A DNA stretch of 45,764 nt, taken from assembly GCA_964532095.1 (NCBI GenBank), contig CAZHGK010000005.1, positions 1 to 45,764 of the forward strand. The letters run 5' to 3'. A program made the position numbers and the translations under genes. The notes beneath the pieces were generated by a model. It saw only the letters and a list, made by a program, of their open reading frames with translations. It did not search any database and was not told where the DNA came from. The number at the start of each line of letters is the position of its first letter. Positions within the stretch are counted from its first letter, which is position 1. Shown here in pieces: positions 33,954 through 43,847 of the stretch. The DNA comes from an uncultured Planctomycetales bacterium. Lineage in GTDB: Bacteria > Omnitrophota > Gorgyraeia > Zapsychrales > Fredricksoniimonadaceae.

Positions 33954-36413
33954 ATGAATACGAAACCATTAAATTCCTTTTTTGCCTGGCTGATTGTTTT
34001 TGCCATTTGTGCCGCCTCTGCCATTTATATACGCCTGTATCCACTGCGTGCCCATTTGTGGGACCCGTCGTATGAACAAGCTTCCGCCTTAGTCGTCGCT
34101 AAAATCAAAGAAACATTGATGATGCAAATCCATCAACAAATTCCTTCGATGCCACCTGACCAAGCTAATGTCCTGGCAACCCAACAATTAAACGAAGTCC
34201 TGCATAAAGATCCGAATAAAGTCCGCGGGGCAATTGAAAAGGCCAGCCAGCAAATCTTCGAGCGAAGCGGCCAGAGGCCTAACGTATACCTATTAGAATC
34301 AGACCCTTTCTATTATTACGCCTTGACCCATCATGTGCTTGAAACCGGTAAACTGGCAGATAAAACCAAGAATGGTAAATACTTAAACCCCCTGATGGGT
34401 GCTCCGACGGGATATTGGCAACCAGTCAACTATTTGCCTTATTTGGGTGCAAGCCTTTATCGCCTATGCCATTTGTTTAATCCAGAGCTTCCTTTAATGA
34501 CGGTTGTGGCCTGGACGCCCATCATCTTTACATTTTTGATCATGGCAATTTTCTTATTCACCTGCTGGTCACTAAACATAGGGGCCTTAGCAGCTGGGGC
34601 TGGAGCAATGATGATGGCTGCCTCGCCTATTTTTATCAAGCGAAGCGCCTTAGGATGGTTTGATACCGACCCTGTTAATATTCTCTTTGGGCTTTTGATC
34701 ACCACCTTGCTTATCCAGGCCTTCTCTAATAAAAAATGGCCCTCGTGGTTAGGACCTATTGCCTTAGGCATTACCTTTGCCGTCTATGCCCTATTCTGGC
34801 ATGGTTGGGGATTTATGCTGGGTGTCGCCATCTGCTGCGCTGGGGTTATATCTGGCCAACAGATATTATTGCAGAAATCCAAAGGCTCCTTGCGTCGCGG
34901 CATAATCTTTATTGTTATTTTAATTTTGTCGACGATTATCGGTATTGATTTATTCTTTGGACTTGGTTCATTCTTTAATCTCATCCGCGAAGCAGTGCTT
35001 GAACTTGCAAAATTCACAGACAAGGAACTCAACATCTGGCCAAATTTATTTATGGAAGTCGGAGAACTCAAAAAATCTTCCCTTCCAGAACTTGTCAGTG
35101 ATACCGGCAGCATTGCATTTTTCTTACTTGCCGCGTTGGGATTATGGCAGGCCTTCTGGTCAACTGTGCGCACAAAAAATCACATGCACGGCTGGCTGAT
35201 TGTTGGCATATTTTTGGCATTAAGCACCTTAATCACCTTAGGCGCCATGCGCTTTGCCATCTTTTGGATTATTCCGCTAAGTTTATTATGCGCCTTAGGC
35301 ATTGAACAATTATTAAATCTTATCCCTGCCCGTTTTAACTCAATATGGGTTTCTGCATTCCTCGTCGGCATTTTAAGTGTTTATGCCTTCAATCAAGCAA
35401 ATGCCCAAGTGCGCCTGGTGTTAACCCCCATCTACAATCAAGTGTGGGACCATGCTTTAATTGACATCCGGGACAAGACTGAAAAAAATGCCACAGTCAC
35501 AACCTGGTGGCCCCCAGGCCATTTCATTAAGGCCACCTCCCAACGCAAGGTGCTTTTTGATGGCGCTTCTTTAGATGAAGGGCCCATTGCCTATTGGATT
35601 GCCAACGCTCTTTTATCTTCGGATGAACGGCAAGCCCGCGATTACCTAAAAATGATCAATGCCTCGCGCAATGAAGCAGCAAAATTCTTAATCAAAAACG
35701 GTTTCTCGACGGCAGATGCGGTTTCGTTCTTAAAGGAACTTGCCGGTCAAGACAATGCCACCGCCTACCTATTATGCACGCAGAAATTAGATGCTCAAAA
35801 AGCCACGGCCCTTATGGCATTAGTAAGGCGAACCCCTGACCCTGGATACCTATTGCTTTATAATGAAATGGTGGAAAAAACCATTGGCCTGACATTTATT
35901 GGAAAGTGGAATTTTGCCAAGCTCCAAGAAATTTATCAGGACCCCGAATTAAAAAAGAAAATACCTCCGGCGCAAAGCAAAGAATTCATCGATTTTGTTT
36001 GGAGTTTAAATGGCGGACCGAGTCGAATGAGCGAGGCCTTACCCTTGGTGGACCGGCAAGGGGATATGCTCATTTTCAAAGACGGCATTGCTGTTAATAC
36101 CGCAACCCATCAAGCCATCATCAATTCCCCTACCTTTGGCAAGGGCACCCCATTAAGTTTATTTTATTTAGGGAATTCTGATGTGTTAGAGCAGAAACAG
36201 GCTGATTCCAATCTTAATTATTCAGTTGTCTTGCATGGCAACGCCCAAGAACCCATCGTGCATTTGATGGACCGCTCCATGGCACAATCCCTGCTTATTA
36301 AATTATTTTTCTTTAATGGGACAGGGCTTAAATATTTCTCCCCTCTCGACGAGGAAGAAGATCTCACCGGCAGGACCAATATCAAAACATTTAAAATACG
36401 TTGGGATGGGTAA
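33954..36413 (+). CDS. STT3/AglB/PglB-like polytopic membrane protein (putative oligosaccharyl- or glycosyl-transferase)
   Basis: About 13 TM helices followed by a soluble C-terminal domain. The first-loop acidic motif is ESDPFYYY (34296-34319), and TWWPPGHFI (35505-35522) sits where STT3 proteins carry WWDYG. The family assignment rests on motif memory only. Confidence 0.55.
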   Translation: MNTKPLNSFFAWLIVFAICAASAIYIRLYPLRAHLWDPSYEQASALVVAKIKETLMMQIHQQIPSMPPDQANVLATQQLNEVLHKDPNKVRGAIEKASQQIFERSGQRPNVYLLESDPFYYYALTHHVLETGKLADKTKNGKYLNPLMGAPTGYWQPVNYLPYLGASLYRLCHLFNPELPLMTVVAWTPIIFTFLIMAIFLFTCWSLNIGALAAGAGAMMMAASPIFIKRSALGWFDTDPVNILFGLLITTLLIQAFSNKKWPSWLGPIALGITFAVYALFWHGWGFMLGVAICCAGVISGQQILLQKSKGSLRRGIIFIVILILSTIIGIDLFFGLGSFFNLIREAVLELAKFTDKELNIWPNLFMEVGELKKSSLPELVSDTGSIAFFLLAALGLWQAFWSTVRTKNHMHGWLIVGIFLALSTLITLGAMRFAIFWIIPLSLLCALGIEQLLNLIPARFNSIWVSAFLVGILSVYAFNQANAQVRLVLTPIYNQVWDHALIDIRDKTEKNATVTTWWPPGHFIKATSQRKVLFDGASLDEGPIAYWIANALLSSDERQARDYLKMINASRNEAAKFLIKNGFSTADAVSFLKELAGQDNATAYLLCTQKLDAQKATALMALVRRTPDPGYLLLYNEMVEKTIGLTFIGKWNFAKLQEIYQDPELKKKIPPAQSKEFIDFVWSLNGGPSRMSEALPLVDRQGDMLIFKDGIAVNTATHQAIINSPTFGKGTPLSLFYLGNSDVLEQKQADSNLNYSVVLHGNAQEPIVHLMDRSMAQSLLIKLFFFNGTGLKYFSPLDEEEDLTGRTNIKTFKIRWDG

Positions 36414-36414
36414 T

Positions 36415-37299
36415 TTATAAATCGCTGAGCTTGCCGCGTAGACGGACATTCACTGAAGGCTTATCTTGCGCTGGGGTACCCGTCGGAGTTTTATAACTAA
36501 CATCTGAATCTGCATCATCGGAATTTGCATCCTCTGTTTCTGAGCTATGCAAAATATTGTCCATCACTACCCGTTTATTTTCCCTTAACGCAGCTTCTAA
36601 TTGTGTGGCTAATCCTTCTTCCTTCATCGTTCGTAATTGGGTAATGATTTCCATAGCCTTCTGACGCTGATTATCCGCAAAATAGGCTAACCCTAAACCA
36701 AAATACACATTGCCTGACTTGGCGTTTTTTAATACTTCCCGAAAATATTTAACAGATTTATCAGGGTCTGGTTTGGCCGTCAAATAAATCCAAGCCAATG
36801 ATAATTTGGAACTATCCATCGTCGGAGAAAGCTTAAGGGCCTTGAGCAGCATCTCCTCTGCTTGATTATATTTCCCACCAGAATAATAATGCCGGCCTAA
36901 CTGGTCATACGCCTGGGCATTATTAGGATCTATCTCGATCGCCTTCTTAAAATAATACAATACCTCTGCATCTTCTGCGCCACTGCCCTTTAAAGCCAGG
37001 GCCATGCCCATATAGGCCATGGAAAAGCGTGGCACATCAAGGATCAATTGATTGTACCCATCGATGGCGCTTTGATAATCCCCGCGTTCAAAGGCAGCAA
37101 CAGCCTGCTCATAAATTTTCTGGGCTTGGGCTTGTTGGGCAAATGCAGGTGGCGATACAAATAAAACAAAAATCGATACCGTCGATAAAAAGGATTTTAA
37201 TAAGAAGAACTTATTACTTGGAAGGAGTTTCAGTTTTAGCACTAGAAGCCTCGGCAGACGATACAGGTTGATCCTTAGCAGGAATAACGGCCTTGACAA
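36415..37299 (-). CDS. secreted TPR-repeat protein
   Basis: Signal-like segment ...FVLFVSPPAFA, then repeated TPR consensus (AxxYxxLGxxYxxxGxYxxA). The start is uncertain because the ORF overlaps the upstream gene by 86 nt. Confidence 0.7.
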   Translation of the reverse strand: MSRPLFLLRINLYRLPRLLVLKLKLLPSNKFFLLKSFLSTVSIFVLFVSPPAFAQQAQAQKIYEQAVAAFERGDYQSAIDGYNQLILDVPRFSMAYMGMALALKGSGAEDAEVLYYFKKAIEIDPNNAQAYDQLGRHYYSGGKYNQAEEMLLKALKLSPTMDSSKLSLAWIYLTAKPDPDKSVKYFREVLKNAKSGNVYFGLGLAYFADNQRQKAMEIITQLRTMKEEGLATQLEAALRENKRVVMDNILHSSETEDANSDDADSDVSYKTPTGTPAQDKPSVNVRLRGKLSDL

Positions 37300-37831
37300 C
37301 GGTCATGGTCGCCTTAACTTCGTCTGTGTCCGATTTCTTGGAACCTAGGCTATATTTGGAGATCTTCATTAAATCTTGCGAAATTTCAAGCAAATGCATA
37401 AAGTTAACAACATCTGTCAGATTCCCAGAACATTCCAAATCTGCTTGCAGCTTGGACATTTTTTCTTCTTTGACAGCTGAGGATGGTGTCACTTTAATAA
37501 TGGTCACGTTCGCTTTATTCGCCATTACTTCTAAACGCTTTAAAAATGCTGCGATCATTTCATCGTCGGACAATATCTTTTCCGTCAAAAACGGCTCATA
37601 GGCTTGGGCTTGCTTGATCACCCGGTCTTTTTGGCGCAGGAAACGCAAATCCTGGCGGATGACATTTTCTTCCTTGGTGATTTCCTGATCAATGGAAGAT
37701 AACTTAGACATCGTCGGGCTAATTAACAGACGGTCAAATAAGGCAACCAATAAAACAATCAGGGCCACGGCCATCAATTTCTTGCCGGTGTCGCTTAAAC
37801 CTGAAATGATTTTTTGTATAAAGCCCATCAT
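37214..37831 (-). CDS. PilO/GspM-like inner-membrane assembly protein
   Basis: 205 aa. N-terminal TM helix, coiled coil and an alpha/beta C-terminal domain. Positioned after the PilM-N-like gene. Confidence 0.55.
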   Translation of the reverse strand: MMGFIQKIISGLSDTGKKLMAVALIVLLVALFDRLLISPTMSKLSSIDQEITKEENVIRQDLRFLRQKDRVIKQAQAYEPFLTEKILSDDEMIAAFLKRLEVMANKANVTIIKVTPSSAVKEEKMSKLQADLECSGNLTDVVNFMHLLEISQDLMKISKYSLGSKKSDTDEVKATMTVVKAVIPAKDQPVSSAEASSAKTETPSK

Positions 37832-37838
37832 GCGCGCA

Positions 37839-39266
37839 TTACTCCTTAGCGTCTTGTAATTTCATCACAATTTCAAACGCAGCAACATCCTTGCCATCGT
37901 CCTTCTTCGTTGCTGTTGATTTTGTCTTGGCTTCCTTAAACAAGGCAGAGTCATCCAAGGACTTCACATAGGTAAACACTTGGGACATCGACGGAGAAAT
38001 ACCCGCAATCGTCACATTGCCTGCATCATCAAGGTTAATGGAACTCAAATAAATTGCTGTCGGGGTAATTTTATACAATTCACGCAAGGTTTCCAGGCTG
38101 ACCATGCGGCTATTTAAATAATCCCGCACCACTTGGGCCTTGGCCATGCGCGCTTCTAAACGTTTTACTTCTTCTTTTTGTGGCGCATATTGTTCACGCA
38201 AATTCTTTTCCAAGAACATGTCTTTAAAATAAATCTTGCTCATGAGCATACCGCCGATTAAAAGCATAATGCATAAGGCGCATAAGCCTGCCTTGGTGGC
38301 TTGACGGCTTTGCTCCTCGACGGAACGCTTGATTAAAATTTCTTCAGGCATTAATTGCACAACAGCATTGCCAGCAAAAATTCCTGCACCAATGACTTCC
38401 AGGAAAGAATCTCCTACAAAATCCTTCTCTAATTTCTTCTTGATAGCCCCACCGCTTTTAAGCAATTGGGTGTACAGACTTAAGCGGACATCTGCCTTGA
38501 GGCTCTCTCCTAACGCAGGCATCAAATCTTTAACAGCAGGAAAATCAGTGGTCAATAAAAACTCACTGATTGCTGCCCCAACATCTTCACCTTGATATGT
38601 TGCTAAGGATTTATTTAATTCTTCGATAATTTTTGCTGAAGATGAGGGTTCACCTAAATCCGCAGTCCCTATAGGAATTGCCCGGCTGAATGCCACTTGG
38701 CCTTTGGACAATACCAAGAAATTTGTATGATGTTCGGCAATATCGATAAGCCCTGCAGGTGCAGCATCCTTCTTACCTGACTTGCCATAGAAACGGGCCA
38801 TTCCTTCTGGAGCAAAAATCACCTTATCCGTGTCCAAACCTGCCTTTTCCATAGCCGTTAAACGGTCCTTGACCATATTGCGATGGGCAATGACCAGTAA
38901 AATCTTGGTATTCCCATTTGCCGAATTGCCTAACGGCAAATAACTAATCAATACTTCTTCACGGGAATACGGCGTATGGCGGCTTGCTTGTAAATTGATG
39001 ATGGAACGGATTTCTTGTGGATCACTGGAAGGAACTTCAATATTTTTAGCTGTCGCAGCGCTTGATGGAATAACGCATACGATGCTGGCTTTACGGTCAA
39101 AACCATTAAGTGCGGTCTTTAAGATTTTTCCAACAGAATCAACGGAAGCGTCAGCGGCAGTTGCGCGAGCAACTTTTTCGACAACGCCGGATGAGAGTAC
39201 CTGGGCAACCTTGACCGAGGCCTCTTGCAGGCAAACCGCTATATATCTTTTATTTGTTCCAAACAT
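37839..39266 (-). CDS. PilM-PilN-like fusion (GspL-equivalent actin-like ATPase-fold assembly protein)
   Basis: 475 aa. N-terminal actin/FtsA-like PilM-type domain, a central TM helix (AGLCALCIMLLIGGMLM) and a C-terminal PilN-like periplasmic domain. Confidence 0.65.
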   Translation of the reverse strand: MFGTNKRYIAVCLQEASVKVAQVLSSGVVEKVARATAADASVDSVGKILKTALNGFDRKASIVCVIPSSAATAKNIEVPSSDPQEIRSIINLQASRHTPYSREEVLISYLPLGNSANGNTKILLVIAHRNMVKDRLTAMEKAGLDTDKVIFAPEGMARFYGKSGKKDAAPAGLIDIAEHHTNFLVLSKGQVAFSRAIPIGTADLGEPSSSAKIIEELNKSLATYQGEDVGAAISEFLLTTDFPAVKDLMPALGESLKADVRLSLYTQLLKSGGAIKKKLEKDFVGDSFLEVIGAGIFAGNAVVQLMPEEILIKRSVEEQSRQATKAGLCALCIMLLIGGMLMSKIYFKDMFLEKNLREQYAPQKEEVKRLEARMAKAQVVRDYLNSRMVSLETLRELYKITPTAIYLSSINLDDAGNVTIAGISPSMSQVFTYVKSLDDSALFKEAKTKSTATKKDDGKDVAAFEIVMKLQDAKE

Positions 39267-39308
39267 ATATTATAACTAAAAAATATTTCATCTCCATTAG
39301 AAAAACAA

Positions 39309-40322
39309 TTATTTTTCTCGCCAGCTTAAAACAATCCCTAGGCGTCCTTCAATGATGGCGTACGCTTTTGACACCGTCGGACGCCTGGCAATGGATGCTT
39401 CTATGTCAACACTGAAAATGGAAGATGTCGTCGTCAAAAACTTTTGCGCATTTAATGCATTGATGGCACGGACCTCATCTGCCGTTAATTTAATTTGCAA
39501 AGCCATTTCCCCTGCCACATCATAGGTGCGATAAAACGTATAATCGTCGGACGTTGCCTCCATCGCATCCTTGCCCCGACGGACAAATAAAATTTTCTCA
39601 ACCACGGCGTCATCCAACCCTAATGCAGCCAAGACCTCGGCTGGAGCAGTATTAATATTTATCTTGCCGTCGCCATACACCGTAAGAAATGGGGACAGGC
39701 GATCAAAGATACTGCGGTTAATCCCCTTAACTAATAATAATTCTTCCAGCAATTCATAATCCTCATTCTTCTTAGGATATGAATATTGCAAATTGCTGTA
39801 ATACTCATCGCTAAAGAATCCTTGGACTTCCGACGTCCCTGTCTGCCGCCAATCTAAAATTGCCTCCGCTAAACGACGGGCATCATCTCCAGAAACACCT
39901 AATACACGTTCAATCAAACGACGTAAAATCAAAACATCGGTATGATTAATATTAATTTTTTGTTGTTCGTCCACCACCCCATATCGCAGGCGTGGCACTC
40001 CTTGCTCTAGCACGGTATACCCCACACGCGCCACATCCCGATTTAAACGGATTTCTCCAAAAAATTCTTCATTATTGTGCAAGGTCTGTTTAAGCAGCGG
40101 CGTATAAGCATCTGCCGTCAATGACAGATTATTACGGACAAAATTTTTGACAAAAACAATGGCTGCCCGTTCCACATGCTTGATGCGGGCATGCTCATCC
40201 AAGGATGATAAGACCAGCATTTTCTGACGGATCAAGCCTGCTAACCCTAAGGCCAAGACTGTCAGAAATCCCAAAACCCATAACGAAAAAATTAAAACAA
40301 AGCCTCGACGGCGCATGAACAT
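39309..40322 (-). CDS. gspK: type II secretion minor pseudopilin GspK-like
   Basis: 337 aa. N-terminal hydrophobic segment (RGFVLIFSLWVLGFL), the NINTAPAEVLAALGL helix-hairpin-helix motif and GKININ repeats typical of T2SS protein K. Confidence 0.75.
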   Translation of the reverse strand: MFMRRRGFVLIFSLWVLGFLTVLALGLAGLIRQKMLVLSSLDEHARIKHVERAAIVFVKNFVRNNLSLTADAYTPLLKQTLHNNEEFFGEIRLNRDVARVGYTVLEQGVPRLRYGVVDEQQKININHTDVLILRRLIERVLGVSGDDARRLAEAILDWRQTGTSEVQGFFSDEYYSNLQYSYPKKNEDYELLEELLLVKGINRSIFDRLSPFLTVYGDGKININTAPAEVLAALGLDDAVVEKILFVRRGKDAMEATSDDYTFYRTYDVAGEMALQIKLTADEVRAINALNAQKFLTTTSSIFSVDIEASIARRPTVSKAYAIIEGRLGIVLSWREK

Positions 40323-40327
40323 ATTCC

Positions 40328-40918
40328 TTAAAAACCACCCACATAAATAGGCATAATTCGCCTAACAATCCGTTCCCCACCCTTGTCTTCAAAATGGATT
40401 TCAATAAATAATGCCGCAGGAACCCCTTCGTCCCATTGTGTTCTCATATCAAAGCCCTTATCCGTCGCTGCATAATAACGCCACTGAACATCTTTGATCC
40501 CCTTGAGCACCACAACACCTTCAGACCATTGTTCTTTTAATGCCTGGCTGTAATTTGCTTGTCGACGGACAATGGCGTTTTCCGCTGCATCATAGGAATA
40601 CTGCACCGCCCCGATCTGGTCAATACGCCCTTCATTGCGCCGTTGTGAGGCTGCATCAGCTTGTGTCCAAATAATGGTGGGAATTTGCACGCGGTGTGAA
40701 CTTCCTTTAAAACTAATACCTTTAAATGCAATGGCCGTGCGCGCGTCCTTTTCAATTTTCTCTAAGAATATCGTCGTGTCGACAGAACCATCAACCTGAG
40801 ACACCCGCGACCAAACCCTGGTCCCATTGTAAAATGCCTGCATCAAGGCCACCCCAATTAAGGAAATCATGGCCGTCGACAAAATCATTTCCATCAATGT
40901 AAAGCCGGGCTTTCTCAT
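40328..40918 (-). CDS. gspJ: minor pseudopilin (GspJ-like)
   Basis: Prepilin N-terminus KPGFTLMEMILSTAMISLIG. 196 aa. Confidence 0.65.
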   Translation of the reverse strand: MRKPGFTLMEMILSTAMISLIGVALMQAFYNGTRVWSRVSQVDGSVDTTIFLEKIEKDARTAIAFKGISFKGSSHRVQIPTIIWTQADAASQRRNEGRIDQIGAVQYSYDAAENAIVRRQANYSQALKEQWSEGVVVLKGIKDVQWRYYAATDKGFDMRTQWDEGVPAALFIEIHFEDKGGERIVRRIMPIYVGGF

Positions 40919-41313
40919 AAACCAATCACCGCTTGGCGTTCCATGCGCGTCTGGCGCTTGCCATCATTCCATATGACCTGGCCATCTAACCAAAAATTCC
41001 CCTCCATCCCCTTAACAGCTTCAATCTGGGGTTGCCATTGGAATTCTATTGTTTTTTGGTGAATATTTTCAGAAAGGGTATCTGAGGCAGGAACAAAATT
41101 TTCAGCACCTGATTGCGCAAAACTCATCTGCGTCTGGATGATTTTCTCCTCCAGCCAATCATTGGCCCTCAGGCGACATGCTGTTACACGGGCATAATCA
41201 ATACACAGGAAAAAAGAACGGTAAATAACAACAATCCCTGCGCTTAAAATAACGAGGGTCACCAATACTTCAATAAATGTCAGGCCTCGCTTGGATTTGG
41301 CGATCATTGCCAA
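40915..41313 (-). CDS. gspI: minor pseudopilin (GspI/GspH-like)
   Basis: Prepilin N-terminus RGLTFIEVLVTLVILSAG. 132 aa. Confidence 0.6.
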   Translation of the reverse strand: MAMIAKSKRGLTFIEVLVTLVILSAGIVVIYRSFFLCIDYARVTACRLRANDWLEEKIIQTQMSFAQSGAENFVPASDTLSENIHQKTIEFQWQPQIEAVKGMEGNFWLDGQVIWNDGKRQTRMERQAVIGL

Positions 41314-41726
41314 TTGCTGATATCGTCTTTATCGGACTGCTCATCCTTACCCTTGGACATTAAATCATAATCGGGGCGATGTGTGCCAGGAGAAACAAAG
41401 ACATAGCCACGGCCCCAGGGATCAACAGCTTCCTTTTCAATATAAGGACCGTTCCAATTTGTTGGGGCTGGATTAATGGTAGGCTTGACACGCAAGGCAT
41501 TTAAACCTTGTTCTGTCGTCGGGAAAGAACCGTTGTCTAATTCGTACAATTTTAATGCTGTGGAAATATTTGCCTCAATATCGGTTTTAGCAACCTTGAC
41601 CTTTGCCTGGTCACCACGGCCAGCCAAACGCGGGATAATCATCGCGGATAATGCCCCGATAATAATAACGACCAACATGATTTCGACCAACGTAAAACCC
41701 TGGAGTTTTTGATTAAACCTGCGCAT
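41304..41726 (-). CDS. gspG: major pseudopilin GspG
   Basis: QGFTLVEIMLVVIIIGALSAMIIP, LYELDNGSFPTTEQGLNAL and DPWGRGYVF. ATG at 41726 with a GAGGAGGG SD sequence. Confidence 0.9.
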   Translation of the reverse strand: MRRFNQKLQGFTLVEIMLVVIIIGALSAMIIPRLAGRGDQAKVKVAKTDIEANISTALKLYELDNGSFPTTEQGLNALRVKPTINPAPTNWNGPYIEKEAVDPWGRGYVFVSPGTHRPDYDLMSKGKDEQSDKDDISNWQ

Positions 41727-41746
41727 ACTGACCCTCCTCAAAGTGA

Positions 41747-42640
41747 TTAGTATAAATAATTCATCAAATCCTGCTGCCATTTCAATTGCAGCGCGTCAAT
41801 AGAATCTATGGTCGGATAATAGGCCCGTTGCATCGCTTGGGGCCAACTTGCCCCATCCCTTAAAAAGCGGCAAAATTCCCTAAAACTGTCACTACCATAA
41901 GTTTTAATCAAAAAATCGACGATGTAAAGACTTTCTGCATAAAAAATAGAAACCTGGTTTTCATCCTTGCTATGACGAATATCCATTTTATCTAACTGTT
42001 CAAACGGAATCAGCTTACCCGCCGCTGCCAGGCGCGCTAAAATTTTTCTTTGTGTGTCCTGCTGGCGTGGCTGTTGTTGCTGGGCAATGCCTTCATCCAG
42101 CCACACTGGAATTTTCGCTTCATCCCCGACAAAATCATGGAATATCAAATGGGCAATCTCATGGGGCAATACCCCATCATAAAATTCCGACTGCCCCAAA
42201 TAACTGATGATCATGCGTCGTTTAATAGACGATAAATGCCCAACAGCTGCCATTCCCTGCGACCAGTTTGGTTGACCAGTTCCTTTTGCATAAGCCTTCT
42301 GGTCTTTATACAAAACAATCGGTACCCGCGCGTTCCATGTCCAGAAATCACGGTACCGTGCGTAACCAATCTTGTCTGAAACATCCTGATAATCTGCTTC
42401 TGCTTTAACCAAGACTGAATGTGGGTATGCACTATCCGTCCCTACCGGATAGCTAACAATAAAATGGGTATCTGAAACTGTTTGCCATTTGCCAGGATCG
42501 CTAAAATTCTCTGCCCTTAATACCGACGGGAGAAGCAAAAATAAAGAAAACAATGCCGCAATCCGGCTAGCGTGCCAGCAAGTCCATACTGAATATGGGC
42601 AAAAGCATCGCAAACACGATAAAAGCAACAATGCCTCCAA
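41747..42640 (-). CDS. secreted MA-clan zinc metallopeptidase (HExxH)
   Basis: LPHEIAHLIFHD plus a downstream WLDEGIAQ (third-ligand Glu), and a signal-like AALFSLFLLLPSVLRA. The start is uncertain: the track ORF overlaps gspF by 74 nt. Confidence 0.65.
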   Translation of the reverse strand: MEALLLLSCLRCFCPYSVWTCWHASRIAALFSLFLLLPSVLRAENFSDPGKWQTVSDTHFIVSYPVGTDSAYPHSVLVKAEADYQDVSDKIGYARYRDFWTWNARVPIVLYKDQKAYAKGTGQPNWSQGMAAVGHLSSIKRRMIISYLGQSEFYDGVLPHEIAHLIFHDFVGDEAKIPVWLDEGIAQQQQPRQQDTQRKILARLAAAGKLIPFEQLDKMDIRHSKDENQVSIFYAESLYIVDFLIKTYGSDSFREFCRFLRDGASWPQAMQRAYYPTIDSIDALQLKWQQDLMNYLY

Positions 42641-43775
42641 TCGTCAAAATCAAAAGAGGTTCCATGAGTGACATCAAGGTTTGGGTGGTTTGCTGCAAAT
42701 CACTTTCATAGGTTTGGGCCAAATCTGCCAAGGCTTCGGCAACAGCGCCTGATTCTTCAGCCACAGCAACTACCTGGATAGTCATTGCCGGCACCCATTG
42801 AGACTTGCGTAAACATTGGGCTAAAGACTGCCCTGCTGTTAAACCTTCAACCGCCTCCCGCAAATCCTGCCTTAATTGAGGATTAATCACCGTCGCTGTG
42901 GCAATGTCCATGGCCCGCACCAGAGGCAAGCCCGACGTCAATAATAAATGCAAGGTCCTGGCAAAACGTGCCAAATTCGCTTTAATCACCACATCGCGAA
43001 TTCCAGGAACAGACAAGACCATTGTCCCCACACGCCACTTACCCACAGACGTTTGTCTCCATCTCCAGAAAAATATTCCGGCAGCAACAATCACAATAAC
43101 CAACGGTAAACCAAAAATTTTAAGCCACGCACTTAAGGCCATAACAATGCGCGTTGGCAAAGGCAAAACCGTATGCGCATCCCTAAACATCACCGTCATC
43201 TTCGGTAACACAAAACTTAAAATAAAATAAACCGTGCCAAGCCCCACGCACAGCATCAAGAGAGGATAAACAGAAACGCTCACCAATTTAGACTGGATTT
43301 CATGTTGTCGACGATGATAATCTGCCACATCCTGCAAAACTTCCCGCAGATTCCCCATCTCCTCCCCAACCTTGGCCATGGCCACGTATAAATCGGAAAA
43401 TATCGCTGGATAATCCGCCAGGCAGGAACTAAAAGAACGGCCACTTCGAACACCACTGGAAATATCGCTGATCACTTTAGCAAAATACAAATTCGAGGTC
43501 TGCACGCTGATTAATTCCAACGATTTAAGCAATGGCACGCCGGACTTGCTTAATGAGGCCAGCTGTTTTGTAAATCCTAATAATTCCCGCGTACTAATTC
43601 GCTTAACCTTGATATCGCTCACTAACACGCCGTGCGCGGTTTTTTCCTCTACCACAACAGGCACCATACCCAACTGGGCAATGGCTTCTACAGCATCATC
43701 TTGATTGGGCGCATCAATTTCCCCAGTCACGGTCTGGGAAGAAGATTTTTTAGCTTTGTACATGTACAAAGGCAT
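42567..43775 (-). CDS. gspF: type II secretion / type IV pilus platform protein GspF/PilC family
   Basis: 402 aa with duplicated T2SS-F domains and three TM segments. Confidence 0.9.
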   Translation of the reverse strand: MPLYMYKAKKSSSQTVTGEIDAPNQDDAVEAIAQLGMVPVVVEEKTAHGVLVSDIKVKRISTRELLGFTKQLASLSKSGVPLLKSLELISVQTSNLYFAKVISDISSGVRSGRSFSSCLADYPAIFSDLYVAMAKVGEEMGNLREVLQDVADYHRRQHEIQSKLVSVSVYPLLMLCVGLGTVYFILSFVLPKMTVMFRDAHTVLPLPTRIVMALSAWLKIFGLPLVIVIVAAGIFFWRWRQTSVGKWRVGTMVLSVPGIRDVVIKANLARFARTLHLLLTSGLPLVRAMDIATATVINPQLRQDLREAVEGLTAGQSLAQCLRKSQWVPAMTIQVVAVAEESGAVAEALADLAQTYESDLQQTTQTLMSLMEPLLILTIGGIVAFIVFAMLLPIFSMDLLAR

Positions 43776-43847
43776 AGCATCATCACCTTAGGTATTAACC
43801 CTTCGACAAGCTCACGGTCCATGCGGCCAGAAACTGCAAATATGACC

